Source of the DNA: Octopus vulgaris | Taxonomy: Eukaryota | NCBI GenBank assembly: GCA_951406725.2 | Contig: OX597817.1 | Span: 29,698,001-29,762,000, forward strand | Direction of reading: 5' to 3' | DNA: 64,000 nt | Shown: piece by piece, positions 13,260 through 26,700 of the stretch | Position numbering within the stretch: position 1 is the first letter of the stretch | Layout: every line of letters begins with the position of its first letter | Program-made: the position numbers and the translations under genes | The notes under the pieces: model-generated | Databases searched by the model: none | What the model saw: only the letters and a program-made list of their open reading frames with translations | Told to the model about the DNA's origin: nothing

Positions 13260-13765
13260 TGCATCGTATCAGCTATTGGGTAAGACTGAAAGACTTCAAA
13301 CTCTTCTCCCTAGATCGAAGGCAGGAAAGGTATGCAGTACATACATCTGGGAAATCTTGGAAGGCCTTGTACCAAACTTTGGCATTGAAAATTACACAAA
13401 CAGAAGAATGGGGTTCCATTGCATAATGCCAAAGATCTTAGAGTCCCCGTGAAGACACATGACTAGATATGGCAACAGCTTGATTTTCGAGGGCTCACAG
13501 TTTTCAATATCCTTACAAAATGCCTGTGAGACCTGCATAGTATGGATGTAGGTGTCTTCGAAACAAAGCTGGATGTCTTCCTGTCAAGGGGTTCCAGATG
13601 AATCTACCTAACGGCAGGAAACACAGAGGAAGGCAGCAACATCAAACTCCCTCATTCACCAAATGCTACATATCTGAGAAGGTCTCAAATAATGATGCAA
13701 CACAGCCAATAGGGGTGCCCAACATGACCCCAGCTTTAAAGCTGAAGCACTTTAGAGAACTAAAG
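13260..13765 (+). mobile_element. 3' fragment of a CR1/L2-group LINE
   Basis: Frameshifted RLKDFKLFSLDRRQERYA..YIWEILEGLVPNFGIE..FNILTKCL..FETKLDVFLSR, typical of an ORF2 C-terminus, followed by a 3' tail with a cagc-tttaaa-gctg stem-loop. Confidence 0.8.
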
Positions 13766-13777
13766 ATATATATATAT

Positions 13778-14700
13778 AGGGAGAATTCACAAAAAAAAAG
13801 TAAAACAAAAAAGACGAAGACAGGTGGTGTAGACAACAAACAGATGTATTAGTATAACGCTCGGGAAGTGAAAAAGTCTTTAACGTTTCGAGCCTACGCT
13901 CTTCCACAGAGAGGAACACAGAAAGAAACAAGGCGAGAAAATAAAGAATGTGTAGTGGCTTGCGATCTATAAAACATAGTTAGGTATTTTAGTGAATGTG
14001 TTTATTTTATTTTGTGATTCAAATTTCAAACCACTGTGATTCCTGAGGGGAGAAATGTTAGTACTCGCTTTGCTTGAATATTTGTATTCGTTGATGTGAA
14101 TGTACTTTCTTGTTTGCTCCTCTTCACTTTTTTTCTTTTGTGTGCATGTAGTTTGGCGTTCATTACTGTATCAATTTGTTAATCTAATTAAGGCTGTTTG
14201 CCTTTGGGGTAACACCGTTTTCTTATTTGGAATGTGTGATGCGTACTATACTATGTTCGAAATACTGAAGTTCACAGTAGACTGGTATTTGGTGTTATTG
14301 ATGTAAATATTTTGGTCGGGGTCGGAATGGTTAAGATTAGAGGGTTTTGAGGATGGTTTTCAGTATTATATTGTTGGCAGAATATATTTATGTTTTACTT
14401 TTTTCATTTTTATTGCAATTGGCTGTGAATTTACCTTTATGATATATTGTTAAACTAATTAAAAGTGTATGTACTTATGGAAGAAGTTAAGAATTTTCTA
14501 TATTGTTATGGAATTTCATGGATGAGTGGTTTTGCTGATGTTTTGAATTTTGTTTTGGTCAAGAACACAAGTTTAAAGCTTCTCTTTTGTGGTCGGAGTG
14601 TGAGTATATGATGTCACTTATTGGATTTGTCTGTTAAACTAATGAAAGTGCTTCTGCTTGCTTATTTTAGTATAAAACCTAGTAAAGATTTTTTTAGTTA
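13778..14700 (-). mobile_element. Decayed Penelope-like element with 3' hammerhead-like motif (13878-13913)
   Basis: Minus strand reads CTGTGGA-agagcgtaggctc-GAAAC-GTT^aaag. Upstream, weak GIY-YIG and C-terminal-like residues (SNIV*Y..RQTA; PSGIT). Right boundary approximate. Confidence 0.5.
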
Positions 14701-15734
14701 TAAATCTTTATATATGCTTGCTCGTGCGCATGCGCGTGCTTTAGTTAAGTTTTTTTTATTTATTCTCGTATATCAGTCCTTATAATTCAGTATATTTGTG
14801 GTGCGTGTGCGTATGTGTGTATGTGTTTTGTTCAAAGCTTGTTTTTAATTTGTTCTGTGTATGTATACGTGGTGTACTCTATGCTTGGTTTTTAAAATTT
14901 TTTTTCTCTAGTTTCATTCACGAGCTGTGGCCATGCTGGGGCACCGCCATTTAACAGCGTGGGGCTACCCGTTGGCAGAAAGGAGCGACAAGAATATCCC
15001 TTCCAGACGGTCACGTCTTCCGATCAGCGACAACCCTACAGGTAGGTTGTTTATATTTATGATTCGATTCTTGTATGTATGTTTTGGCCTGGTTGTATTT
15101 GTATGGGGTTTCTTGGTGGCTCCCTTTTTCTGTTTGAATTTCTGACCATTTCTTAAAGATAAATGTATTTTGGCGTTTGCAATTTGATATCGTTCCTTTC
15201 CTTTCGTTTAGTGGATGCGTCTTTTCTATGATACGTTGTATTTTCCCATGGGACATGGCAAGGGACAGATTCTGAAATGTTTCAAATAAAGCCAAGATTT
15301 ATAGATATGACAGTTTAATTAAATTTATCTCCAGCTAGATAGATTCAAAATAAATCTAACGGGCAGAGTTAATGAGTTTAACCTAATAACCGCCAGCACT
15401 ATCATTAGTATAATTAACATTTTAGACAGATTCGTAAACCTGAAATCATGAACGCCCAAACAATATGCCCACTATTTTACTATGCGTATATGGCAGCATT
15501 AGTAAACTTGTCACATATATCCTGCGATGAAATACCGTTTAAATGCATTGTGAAATATTGCAAAGAATATTACAGAAAAATATGTCGCATAATTAGACTA
15601 AATAGTAGCACAACCAATCTAGGCAGAAAACGAAAGATAATTTAGTCAAATTAAACGTCGCTTCAATTGTTGCCTGGTGTTTCCTGAATCTTAAAAGGTA
15701 AACTTTCCTGCAAAATCTAGATCTCTCTCTTTCT

Positions 15735-15966
15735 CTCTTTGCTACTTGTTTCAGTCATTTGACTGTGGCCATGCTGGAGCACCGCCTTTAGTCGAGCAAA
15801 TCGACCCCAAAACTTATTCTCCGTAAGCCTAGTACTTATTCCATCGATCTCTTTTGCCGAACCGTTAAGTTACGGGGACGTAAACACACGAGCATCGGTT
15901 GTCAAGCGATGTTGGGGTGACAAATACAGACACACAAACATACACACACACACATACATACATACA

Positions 15967-16002
<36 letters not shown>

Positions 16003-16159
16003 TATATATTGAGAGAGAGAGAGAGAGAGAGAGAGGAGGCGCATGACTTAGTGGTTAGGGTGTCAGCATCATGATCGTAAGATTGTGGTTTCGATTCATG
16101 GACCGGGCGACGCGTTGTGTTCTTGAGCCTATGAGCCTGGCTAGGCTTTAAAAGGGCGC

Positions 16160-16204
<45 letters not shown>

Positions 16205-16352
16205 GACGGGTTTCTTTCAGTTTCCGTCTACCAAATCCACTCACAAGGCTTTTGTCGGCCCGTGGCTATAGTAGAAGACACTTGCCCAAGGACTGAACCC
16301 AGAACCATGTAGTTTGTAAGCAAGCTACTTACCACACAGCCACTCCTACGCC
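15735..16352 (-). mobile_element. SINE family A with a nested SINE in its microsatellite
   Basis: Reverse-complement family A tail at 15735-15935 and head at 16200-16352. Confidence 0.9.
16035..16162 (+). mobile_element. Internally deleted tRNA SINE (family D) nested in SINE A
   Basis: ggaggcgcatgacttagtggttagg (box A), ggtttcgattc (box B), then ccgggcgacgcgttgtgttcttgagc, a segment shared with 51960-52250. Confidence 0.75.
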
Positions 16353-17417
16353 TGGTCCTTCACAATCTTTAAAAGAAGTAGCTTTTTTGTTGTAGTTTTA
16401 ATATAGCAAATAAGCTAACAAAATATTGCAAAACTTTTGACTCAACGTAATATTCAGGGTTTGTAGACAAAACGTAAAGAGAGGCCAGTTGCCTTGTGGT
16501 GAAGAGATCTCTGTAGATGCATGTATCGAGTTTTTTCAATCGATCTCAGCCAAAGTATGTTGGTTTACATATGCATGCTTTGATGGTGTTCATCAGTATA
16601 AGAAAACAACACATTCAGGTATCACTTTCTTGATGATATTCTTTGGAATGTTTCTGAGCATAGATACATGCATTGTATAAATACATGTTCCGAGAGTTAC
16701 CTTTACTTCACCTGAGACTGGGGATAATTTTGAAAGGGTGCGTGGAGTAAGATGCTGGCATCCGATTGGTGATTATTTACTGAGGTAAGATGTGAGAAGT
16801 GACAGACTATGATTTCACACACAAACACACACATATACACAGATCAGTATTTATATGTGGCCCTCTACGTGTGCATATTCATGCAAGATGTGATATTGCA
16901 CTTGAGCTTTGTAACAGCACTTCTTTATATAATCTTCTGGGTAATGTTATTTTACGAAATTCAAAGATGCATAAATAAATATAAAGAGGAATGCGCGTAC
17001 TCGTAGGGTGAGTTGTATATATGCGTGTTATATAAAGGTGATTGAGTAAATACTGGGGGAACGAAGAATACTGGAGTGTTATAGTCTGATTGAAATCTAT
17101 AAAGTTATGTATATGAAACGAGGAGATATAATTCAAAAGAGGTTTGCATTCAAAGGAAGCCCTGTATGCAACTATAAATATCACTATGGGGACACTGTGG
17201 TCGAATTGAAACGATTGAATTTGGAGAATAGTTAAAAATATACACCATGCTGCTTGTAGGTAAGTCAGTGTGTGACCAACAGGAGCAACAACATATCTTT
17301 ATTGGAAAGAACAACGAAAACTACTGCATAGATTTAATTGTAGTTTTCCATAGAGTGGATTGAACCAACGCACTTACTTCTACAGAAATAAACTCATCAC
17401 ACACAGACACAGACACA

Positions 17418-17456
<39 letters not shown>

Positions 17457-17502
17457 CTTAACGTATATATACTTTAAGGGCCTCATAAACTGCAATATAC
17501 TC

Positions 17503-17848
17503 TTCAACTCTAGTCACAAGGCTCGATATTTTGCGAGAGGGGGCCAATCGATTAGATCGACCCCAGTACGCAACTGATACTTAATTTATCGACCCCAAAC
17601 GGATGAAAGGCAAAGTCGACCTCGGCAGAATTTGAACCCAGAACATAAAGACAGACGAAATACCTATTTCTTTACGACCCTCAAGGGGCTAAACATAGAG
17701 AGGACAAACAAGGACAGACAAACGGATTAAGTCGATTATATAGACTCCTGTGCGTAACTGGTACTTGGTTAATCGATCCCGAAAGGATGAAAGGCAAAGT
17801 CGACCTCGGTGGAATTTGAACTCAGAACATAAAGACAAACGAAATACC
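17503..17848 (-). mobile_element. SINE family B, two tandem body units without head
   Basis: Two copies of ggatgaaaggcaaagtcgacctcgg..aatttgaa.tcagaac. Confidence 0.85.
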
Positions 17849-18430
17849 TACTACAGATATTCTGCGTTGTTTAGCATTATATGTCGATACAAAATGTTTT
17901 CTCGGAACGAATTCTGCAGGTTATAGTGTTCCTAAAGTATATTTACGCTATGTTGGATATAAAGAATGCTATTCAATTCATACTGCTTCCGTCGCTAATA
18001 ACTAATACACACACACACGCACATACACACGCACATACACACGCACATGCGTATCTATGCTGGCATGTGTGTATGTATGTGCTATATATATCTATGTATA
18101 CATATATCATGCATATAACATCCCGAGGTGTTTTTCCTCAGCCACATATTGTTACACAAAGTTAGTATAGCTATACACATTCCATGTCTAAATATATTTG
18201 CTTATCCAAATTCGTGCCAAACGTTGTGAATAAGCTCCAATGAAAAGAGTTAACAAGTTTCAAACATATCAGCTGCTTTCTTCAGTTGGCTACAAGGCAA
18301 AACCCGCTATTTGTATCACTGTTGTTATTTCCGAAGATATTAATAGCTGGTATTTTAGAAGTCAACTTTCTTGATGTTTTTGCGTTTTTGCATACCAGTA
18401 AAAGGACCTTTGCCTTCAAATATCCATGAG

Positions 18431-18472
<42 letters not shown>

Positions 18473-18504
18473 CATTTATGTATATGAATATATGTATATA
18501 TCTA

Positions 18505-18585
<81 letters not shown>

Positions 18586-19052
18586 GTATATAAATGTATG
18601 TATATGTAAGTATATATGTATGTGTTTCTGTGTGTACATATAAATATACATACATGCGTACACATAAGATACTAATGCTTTACTCGGTGTCTCTGACTTA
18701 TGTGCATACGTTCATGCATCAAAGAAAGAACGACAAGAGAGATAATTAGCTTGGAACGAATAAATATTCGAAGGGAAGAGGTAAATAAGCTTCGTAGCAA
18801 GGTGTATTTCTCTTGTAAATCATACAGAACACCCAATGAAAAAAAATTGAACTTATATTGCATAAAAGTATTCCGGGTAAAAAATAACCATCAGTAAAAC
18901 CTTTTTATTTTGCATGATGACAGTCGTGAGTGTGAATTCACCGAAAGCAGCAGCTGCAAAAATTCAATGCAGAGTGACATGTGGATGATCTACAAATTCA
19001 AAACTAAGACTCACATACCGTCAGGTATGGTCGGGAAGTATCAATGAATGCA

Positions 19053-19282
19053 TTACTCTTTTACTCTTTTAATTGTTTCAGTCATTTGACTCTGGCCATG
19101 TTGGAGCACCGCCTTTAGTCGAGCAAATCGACCCCAAGACTTATTCATTGTAAGCCTAGTACTTATTCTATCGGTCTCTTTTTGCCGAACCGCTAGGTTA
19201 CGGGGGCGTAAACACACCAGCATCTGTTGTCAAGTGATGTTGTGGGGGACAAACACAGACACACAAAAATATACACACACAT

Positions 19283-19313
<31 letters not shown>

Positions 19314-19475
19314 GACGGGCTTCTTTCAGTTTCCGTCTACCAAATCCACTCACAAGGCTTTGGTCGGCCCGAGGTTATAGTAGAAGACACTTGTCCAAGG
19401 CGCCATACAGTGGGACTGAACCCGGAATCATGTGGTTAGTAAGCAAGCTAATTACCACACAGCCACTCCTGCGCC
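19053..19475 (-). mobile_element. SINE family A
   Basis: Full-length reverse-complement copy. Confidence 0.9.
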
Positions 19476-20166
19476 TATAGGTATTAGGTAGACAATTAGT
19501 TTATTTTTATAGAGAATTGTACCTTTCTTTACGATGAAGTGACGTAACTTGACGCTGGTGTACACGAAGGCACACAACTCACACATACATACACTATTGC
19601 CTTTCGTGTAGTGTTTTTGGACCCAGAGCTATATCTTAGCAAACCAAACTTCTTAACCACACGGCTAAGTAGACGTCCATATAATTTTATATATTGATAA
19701 CATATTCATTAACCTATATATAGAATACGAAGTATATTTGCCACATAAATATGGCTAACCACAAAGGGTGGATGCTACTGTAGCTTGTAGCCCCAGGAGA
19801 ACATCTTCTCCAGCTGGCTATTGACACACTTTCTGCGCCCTATCAGTATTTGCAAAGGGAAGCCATCCTTCCCATCTTCGACCTGACGTGATACGCACGG
19901 ACCCGGGTTTCTGCGTATTTACCCGTCGTCAACGCACGACAATCACCGGTCTTCAATGCGAATATATAGAATATATATAGAATATTTAACTATCAATTAA
20001 TAAACAGATAGATAATCTGTCAAAGAATATATATATATTGCATTTTTAGTTAGAAAATTCACAAACATTCAAGGAATTATAAATGAAATTTTATACATCA
20101 ATCATTTAAAAGTAAATTTGAACATCACGTTATTCAAAATAAGAGCGGCATTATGATTCGAACGCC

Positions 20167-20202
20167 TCTTTTTTTTTTCTTTTTCTTTAATTTTAGGTGA
20201 GT
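20167..20202 (+). promoter_or_regulatory. Candidate recursive splice site (juxtaposed acceptor and donor)
   Basis: Pyrimidine tract of about 28 nt, then TAG|GTGAGT (AG at 20195-20196, GT at 20197-20198), in non-repeat sequence. Confidence 0.3.
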
Positions 20203-21423
20203 GGAATTTAATCCATTTCAAATTTATTTTGTCATTTCAATGATTTGAGTCGCTCGAAACCAATATTACCAACACAGATTTAAAACGAAATGTTCTTCAT
20301 TAATAACATATTTATCAGATTAGCTGTAAATTCTTTGATCATGAACCACATCTTCTAACAATATATAAAATACAATTCTCAAACAGAGACATAAATGAAA
20401 TGAACGGATAAGTAAGATTCAATCATGTGAGCCAAATGAATTTTATAATATTGGCAATATTTGTTGGACAAGAAAACATTTCCTATAAAATGAAATGTTA
20501 ACAATTTCAAAACAGCAATTAGTGCCAAAATTCTTGCTTCGAGAAAAAAAATTTAGCATCTGTTGACAAGCTCAGAATTTAAAATCTGTTTTCAGCCAGC
20601 CAGTGGATTGCGTCTCTTGACAAGGTATCAATCAGATTGTTTCAGTTAATCTCGCTGAAAAATACAATATATTCACAATTACTTGTTGAGTAATTATGAT
20701 TAGAAATGATATTCAAGTAAAAAAGAAAAAAAAAACGTCAGTCTACAATATGTAACAAGACAAGGCAGGTTTATTGAAAAGTGATTTAGTGACTTAAATA
20801 TTTTTTGATATTATTTTCTTAAATATTCATATCTTGTATTTTAAATTATCAATATAATATATACAGTCATGTAAACATATACCTTATACTTCTATACTTT
20901 CCAATTTAACTTTAAAATCATCTCAGGTACACAGTGTTGCAAGATATTATATTCTTGAATTAAACAAGTGACAAATTATATAAAATGAAGCAGATATTTC
21001 CCTATCTATAAGGCAAATTAAGTAAAATATTTATATAATTTTATATTTGGTGTCACTAAAAAGTATTCACGAGTTTCACATATTATTGGAGTCACTGGCG
21101 TATGTGTCATAAGGCCGTTCTTCTAACACTATAATTATTTTCAAAATTATGCTATAGGTTAAAACAAAAGTTACACATAAGTATTTGCAGTATAATCAGT
21201 TCAAGTGTAAAAAGGGTAAAAACAAGGAAAAATCAACAACTGTAGATTAAAGGATTTATTAGACGAGGTAAAAATATTATGATACAGTTTACAGAGGAGC
21301 AAAAGACAGCTGACATGATGCTATACTGTACATTTTGAAATATTTTTATCGGGACGTAATATAAAATGGAAGAAAGGAAGCTGTAGCCCAGAATATAACA
21401 AGATAAACACCAGAAACTTGTTT

Positions 21424-21842
21424 AGGCGAGCTGGCAGAAACGTTAGCACGCCGGGCGAAATGCTTAGCGGTATTTCGTATGCCGCTACGTTCTGAGTTCA
21501 AATAACGCTGAGGTCGACTTTGCCTTTCATCCTTTCGGGGTCGATAAATTAAGTACCAGTTACGCACTGGGATCGATATAATCGACTTAATACCTATGTC
21601 TGTCCTTGTTTGTCCTCTCTGTGTTTAGCCCCTTGTGGGTAATAAAGAAATAGAAATAGGTATTTCGTATGCCGCTACGTTCTGAGTTCAAATTCCGCTG
21701 AGGTCGACTTTGCCTTTCATCCTTTCGGGGTCGATAAATTAAGTGCCAGTTACGCACTGGGGTCGATGTAATCGACTTAATCCCTTTGTCTGTCCCTGTT
21801 TGTCCCCTCTATGTTTAGCTCCTTGTGGGCAATAAAGAAATA
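21424..21842 (+). mobile_element. SINE family B tandem dimer with TSD
   Basis: Head plus body units starting at 21470 and 21660. 11-bp TSD agaaacttgtt at 21412-21422 and 21843-21853. Confidence 0.92.
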
Positions 21843-23801
21843 AGAAACTTGTTGTTTAACTCCAGGTCAACATTGAGTAAGTACACTAATAATCAAGTGC
21901 ATTCCTGTAAATAACATCTCATCTTTTTTTTATATCTAGGACGGCATTCTTCAATGTCTTCAGGCTTTATTAAGAGGAAGCATGCAATATCGTATGGAGA
22001 AAAGCTGTTTCAGAGCATTACATTTGAAAGAATGCAAAAAAATATTTTTACAGAGTGAGCTTATAATAAAAATGTACAATTCCCTAAAATTAATATGAGA
22101 GAACTAGTCAGAAAATTAATGGTTTCCAAGTTAAATAAGAAATAGGTGTAGGGTCTGCAAAAACGAAAACTGTCAAAGTATCTTGTAATAAAATTAGGCG
22201 GTGTTTTAAGGCCACGAAATATACAAATTATTGTACATGACGAAAAGCAATGTGAATGTCTTTAAATATATTTTTATCCTTGCCAGCAACTTCAGCATTA
22301 TACTGACAGTGCTTCCCAATTTCAAGATGACAAAACATTGGTATATCGTGTCCTTTGATATTGCAATTATAACGTGGTACACCCAGCTACTCTGGTTTAA
22401 ATATACGCTAAAAAGCTCAGAATTCGGATAAACCATTTTGATACCAAAACACATGAAATCACTCCTGGTGCTTTCATATAAAATCTTTTAATAAGTTATG
22501 TTCTATCACATGCTTGATATAGAAATAAATATAAAAGTTAATTATTTCAGTAAATCCGTTTAAATTCTTGATTATTTCCAAAATTAATGATAATATGTAA
22601 GCAACGTATTTCATAAAAATATGGTGACAGAAGAGAAACAGGAACTTCGAAATGATGCCGTGAACTTTGAAACTGATTGCTTGTTGTTATCCGTGACAGG
22701 TTAGTTCTCTTAAAAACATTTAATATTTCTATAAATTAAAGTCTTCAGTGGATATAACAAGAAAATATTGGCAGCTATTTGGACTCTTCGGAAATATTAA
22801 GTAAATTTGTGGCTGAGTACCTCTTTTATGAATCATTGAACTTCTATGAATAAACAATAATTATTATAAATCATTAATTTTTCAATAAATGTTTATGAGT
22901 TTCAATTTTACCAGAGCCGGCTCCTTCTTTCATCTTTCATGGATTAATAAAATAATTACCAGTATTAAAATAAAGAAAAATCGATAAACTTTATTTCTAT
23001 GCTTCGAAAAAGGCTTAAGTTTCAGAAAAAAACATTTCCATTTCGATTAAAAATGTGCTACAATTATGCGTAAACTAATAAAACATGTAAATTTTTAGGA
23101 AATAGCTAAATACTTATAAGCTAGCAGCATGAACTCATCAAACTGACCAATTTTTATAGTGTTCTTAGACCGATTTCAGATTATAAAGTATAATTCTTGC
23201 TCAAAATATTTTCAAATAATTTCACCTGCAGACAATACAAACATTGGTTGCTGCTGACTACTCTGGACTTAAATGTGTTAAAGATAAAATTAAAACCGAG
23301 TCTGTAAATATCCGTGAAATACTTGAGATAATTAATTTACAGAAAAACAACTTGAAATTCTTTTGCTACTGGTAATGTCAAAGCTCACTGAATTGATAAT
23401 CTATAATCAATTCTACTTACATCTTAATGATAATAATCTAAGAGCAATCAATATGGTTTTAATAAATTCTATTCATCTAAGACAGACACTTATAGAATCT
23501 GATGATGACATTTAATCTAATAGAAAAAAGAGGTTATTAAAAGCATTTTCTCAGTTTTAATAGATATAGTAAAAGCTTTTGAATAACATGATCACACCAT
23601 TTTTAATATTTATCTCTCTAAATCAAAACTATATAAGGAGCTAAATGATTATCTAATGGATTTCAGAGAGATTTGGTTGCTAATTCGTAGAGGTCACTTT
23701 TCCGTTTATCCTATATGCTGTTGTTTAACTGCATGCCATCTCTCCCCAAGCAGACCTAGAATCAAAGAATATTCATGCTATCATGGTATATCTAGGTTTA
23801 C

Positions 23802-23938
23802 ATTAACTAATATTAACATATGTTGATATTAACATATTAACATATCGTAATATTTTAAACATATTAACATATGTTAATATGTTTAACATATTAACTCATA
23901 TTAATATGTTAAAGAACATATTAAGTAATATGTTCTTT
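23802..23938. repeat. Cluster of direct and inverted attaacatat units
   Basis: Interleaved attaacatat and atatgttaa units, plus aaagaacatatta and taatatgttcttt. Confidence 0.75.
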
Positions 23939-24522
23939 CGTTTAAAAGAGTTACGTATGATTTGAGGGAAATGTGGTTATTGTTTGTTGCAGGTGGTGCC
24001 ATCACGTTGAGGCATGATGCCGTTAGTAGAAATAAAGAGAAAATTTATAAAATGAAGCTTAAGAGATCACTATATTTTATTATCAAATTTTCATATAAAC
24101 ATACATATAATGAACATGTATAAGAAGCAAATGAGACTCTACGTAAGGCGTGGAGACCCATTTAGTACCATCTTTCTTGCTTCACAGCGATGGTTTCTAC
24201 TTTTCTTTTTAACCAAACTACCGTTTTCCTTTTACTATTATTTTAGTACATACAAGAACACGATTTGGTAGTATGGTAACGATTGTCTGGGTCTCTGTGT
24301 TTCCCTATACATGTACACACCCACACCTCCACATACGCACATACACACACCTAATGTATGTCTCTGTATGTACAATTGTAAGCATGATATACTTATGAAT
24401 GCACGTCTGTTGTATATATATATATGTGTGTGTGTGTGTGTATACATGTATGTATATATGTATGTATGTATCTATGTATGTATGTATGTATGATGTATGT
24501 ATGTATGTATTATGTATGTATA

Positions 24523-24850
24523 CGAGGGGAAACCTAAAAGAAATCGGAATTTTGAAATTTATATTTTATCCACTTAGTTTTAGGTATTTACACTTTTATC
24601 GCCTTCAGAATATTCTCCATTTGAAGCAATGCATCGGTCCAGACGCGTCTTCCACTGTTCGAAGCAGTGCTGGAACTCTTGCGAAGTGATGCCTTTTAAC
24701 GCCTCTGTCGTTTTAATCTTCATCTCTTCCACACCTGCAAAACTTTAATAACTTTTTTTCATTCGGAAGAAAAGGAAGATGGGGTGAATAGGGAGAATGG
24801 GTAAGCAAAAACTGTCTCACACTCAAAGGTGTCTCGGATAAAACGTATAC
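24523..24850 (-). mobile_element. Mariner 3' fragment / deletion derivative
   Basis: Terminus TA-cgagggg. Minus strand encodes THSPYSP and KTTEALKGITSQEFQHCFEQWKTRLDRCIASNGEYSEGDK. Confidence 0.8.
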
Positions 24851-24916
24851 ATACAAGGATAAATTATAGTCAATATTTACTAAACACATTTCGTTATCAA
24901 AATTTAATACCATCTA

Positions 24917-25910
24917 CAGGTCTAAACGAATCATTTTAGAAACACCTGTTTTCAAGCTGATGACCGCTCTGGTCCGAGCACTACTGATAACTTGAACCAC
25001 TAAAATCTTAAACATCAAGAAACAATTCGTTTGGAATTTTCGCGCACTCTTGTTTAATGGCTACTCTCAATTCATCGACTGTTTGCGGTTTTGTACCGTA
25101 AACTTTATCTTTTGAGTATACTTCCCACCATCTCGAAAATTCTTGTGGTATGAAGTCTGATGAATGCAGACGGTATTCTACTGAATCCCTTTGTCCAGTT
25201 CACCTGTTTGAAAAATCTCCCCGAGATAGGCCCTTACATTACTATGATAATGTGGATTACCCCATCTTGATTGGAATGAAACTGCACATGCTCAAAGTCC
25301 TCTTGAATACTTGCCATGACAGATATTCTGGTGCAAATAAGTGGGACCGGTCACAGTAACATCCAAAAGGAGTGGTCCAGTTAATCCTTTTGATGGTAAG
25401 ATACGATAATGTAACTCCTGGTAAATTAACATAATGCTCTTCTGTAATATTCGGATTTACAGGTTCTCAATAGGTGCAATTGTAACGATTAACTGGGATG
25501 TTTAATTTAAGTGTAGCCTCCTGACTCCAAACAACCTTTTTTCTTTATTGGAAAATGTGCGTCTCGTACACATCTTCATTGAGAGTACAGATAGTGCTTC
25601 AAAATGCAACTGATGCTTACTGTGAAATTCCTTTTCTATGACTCACTTGCAGTAGCAGCATTTCTGATGACCTTTCAGGATCTTTGGGACTTATCGATGT
25701 CTGCAGTGTTCTGGAATATTTCATGTGGGCATTTGCTACACTTCTTAAAATTCCATAGGAGGATCTCTTTAAAAATCCATCCTGAATTGTAGCACTAAGC
25801 GAGGAAAAGAGTCTTGTTCAAAGCTTAACCAAGCTCCATTAATTATTTCTAAAACGAAATTAAAAATTGAGTTATCAACTATTAAAGTGTACAAAGTTTG
25901 GGGGATACAA
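24917..25910 (-). pseudogene. Decayed Tc1/mariner-superfamily transposase (maT/rosa-like)
   Basis: Minus-strand fragments: VNRYNCTY*EPVNPNITEEHYVNLPGV, GPLLLDVTVTGPTYL, PHYHSNVRAYL, KDKVYGTKPQTVDELRVAIKQECAKIP. TIRs not clearly paired. Confidence 0.7.
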
Positions 25911-26700
25911 TATATATATGTATAAAAATAATCACGCATATATGCATGTGTAGACAATTTATGATTGTAATTCTAATTGTGCGTATGTGTATTTTATTAT
26001 CTGCATGTATGTAGTGAGCTGACGTGTGTGAATAATTCTGTTGATAACGTTTTTGTGGTTGTCACTAATAACGCAAAATTAAACATACTCTTTGTGTCTT
26101 AAACTAACTATCCTATTGCTCTAGTGCTCTTATTCTTTCCGCATCTTACTCTCTCATATTCTCTTCATCTTTTTCGCCTTCCACTTTTCTCTGTTTGATC
26201 TCCCCCCCCCCCCTACATAAATAATAAATCTTTATCATCTCCTGTAATTTCCTGTCACTCTTCTCTATATCAAGCTTTCAGACAGGAATGAGACAATGTC
26301 GAGTTCTACAAGCCTACGGACAACTGTGAAGGTGTCAATATCACGATATTCGTCAATTTCTTGTTGCTTTTATAGATGGCTTAAGCAAGTGTTTTACATT
26401 TTTATTTTATTGAAAGCCGGAATCTTTCCTATGAAATCATATTAAAAATTGCTCTTGGTATACCTAATATCCATTTAGCTTATCAATGCAATAACGTTTC
26501 ACAAACCAAAATAACTGCTTTTGTTTCTTATGCTCATTAGAATATTTTCAGACGTTTTCATAGTTTTAAGCGTTATATTTTGACAAATCCCTGGTGAACT
26601 ATAAATTACTTCAATAATATTCTGCTGCAAAAAAGTAAATAGAAATTAAATCAGTATTATGAATACAAATTATATATATTCCACCCTTGTGTAATAAATA

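Noticed and set aside
16430-16800. Possible very old mariner fragment (similar at 18670-19050)
   Set aside because: Catalytic motifs and TIRs were not recoverable.
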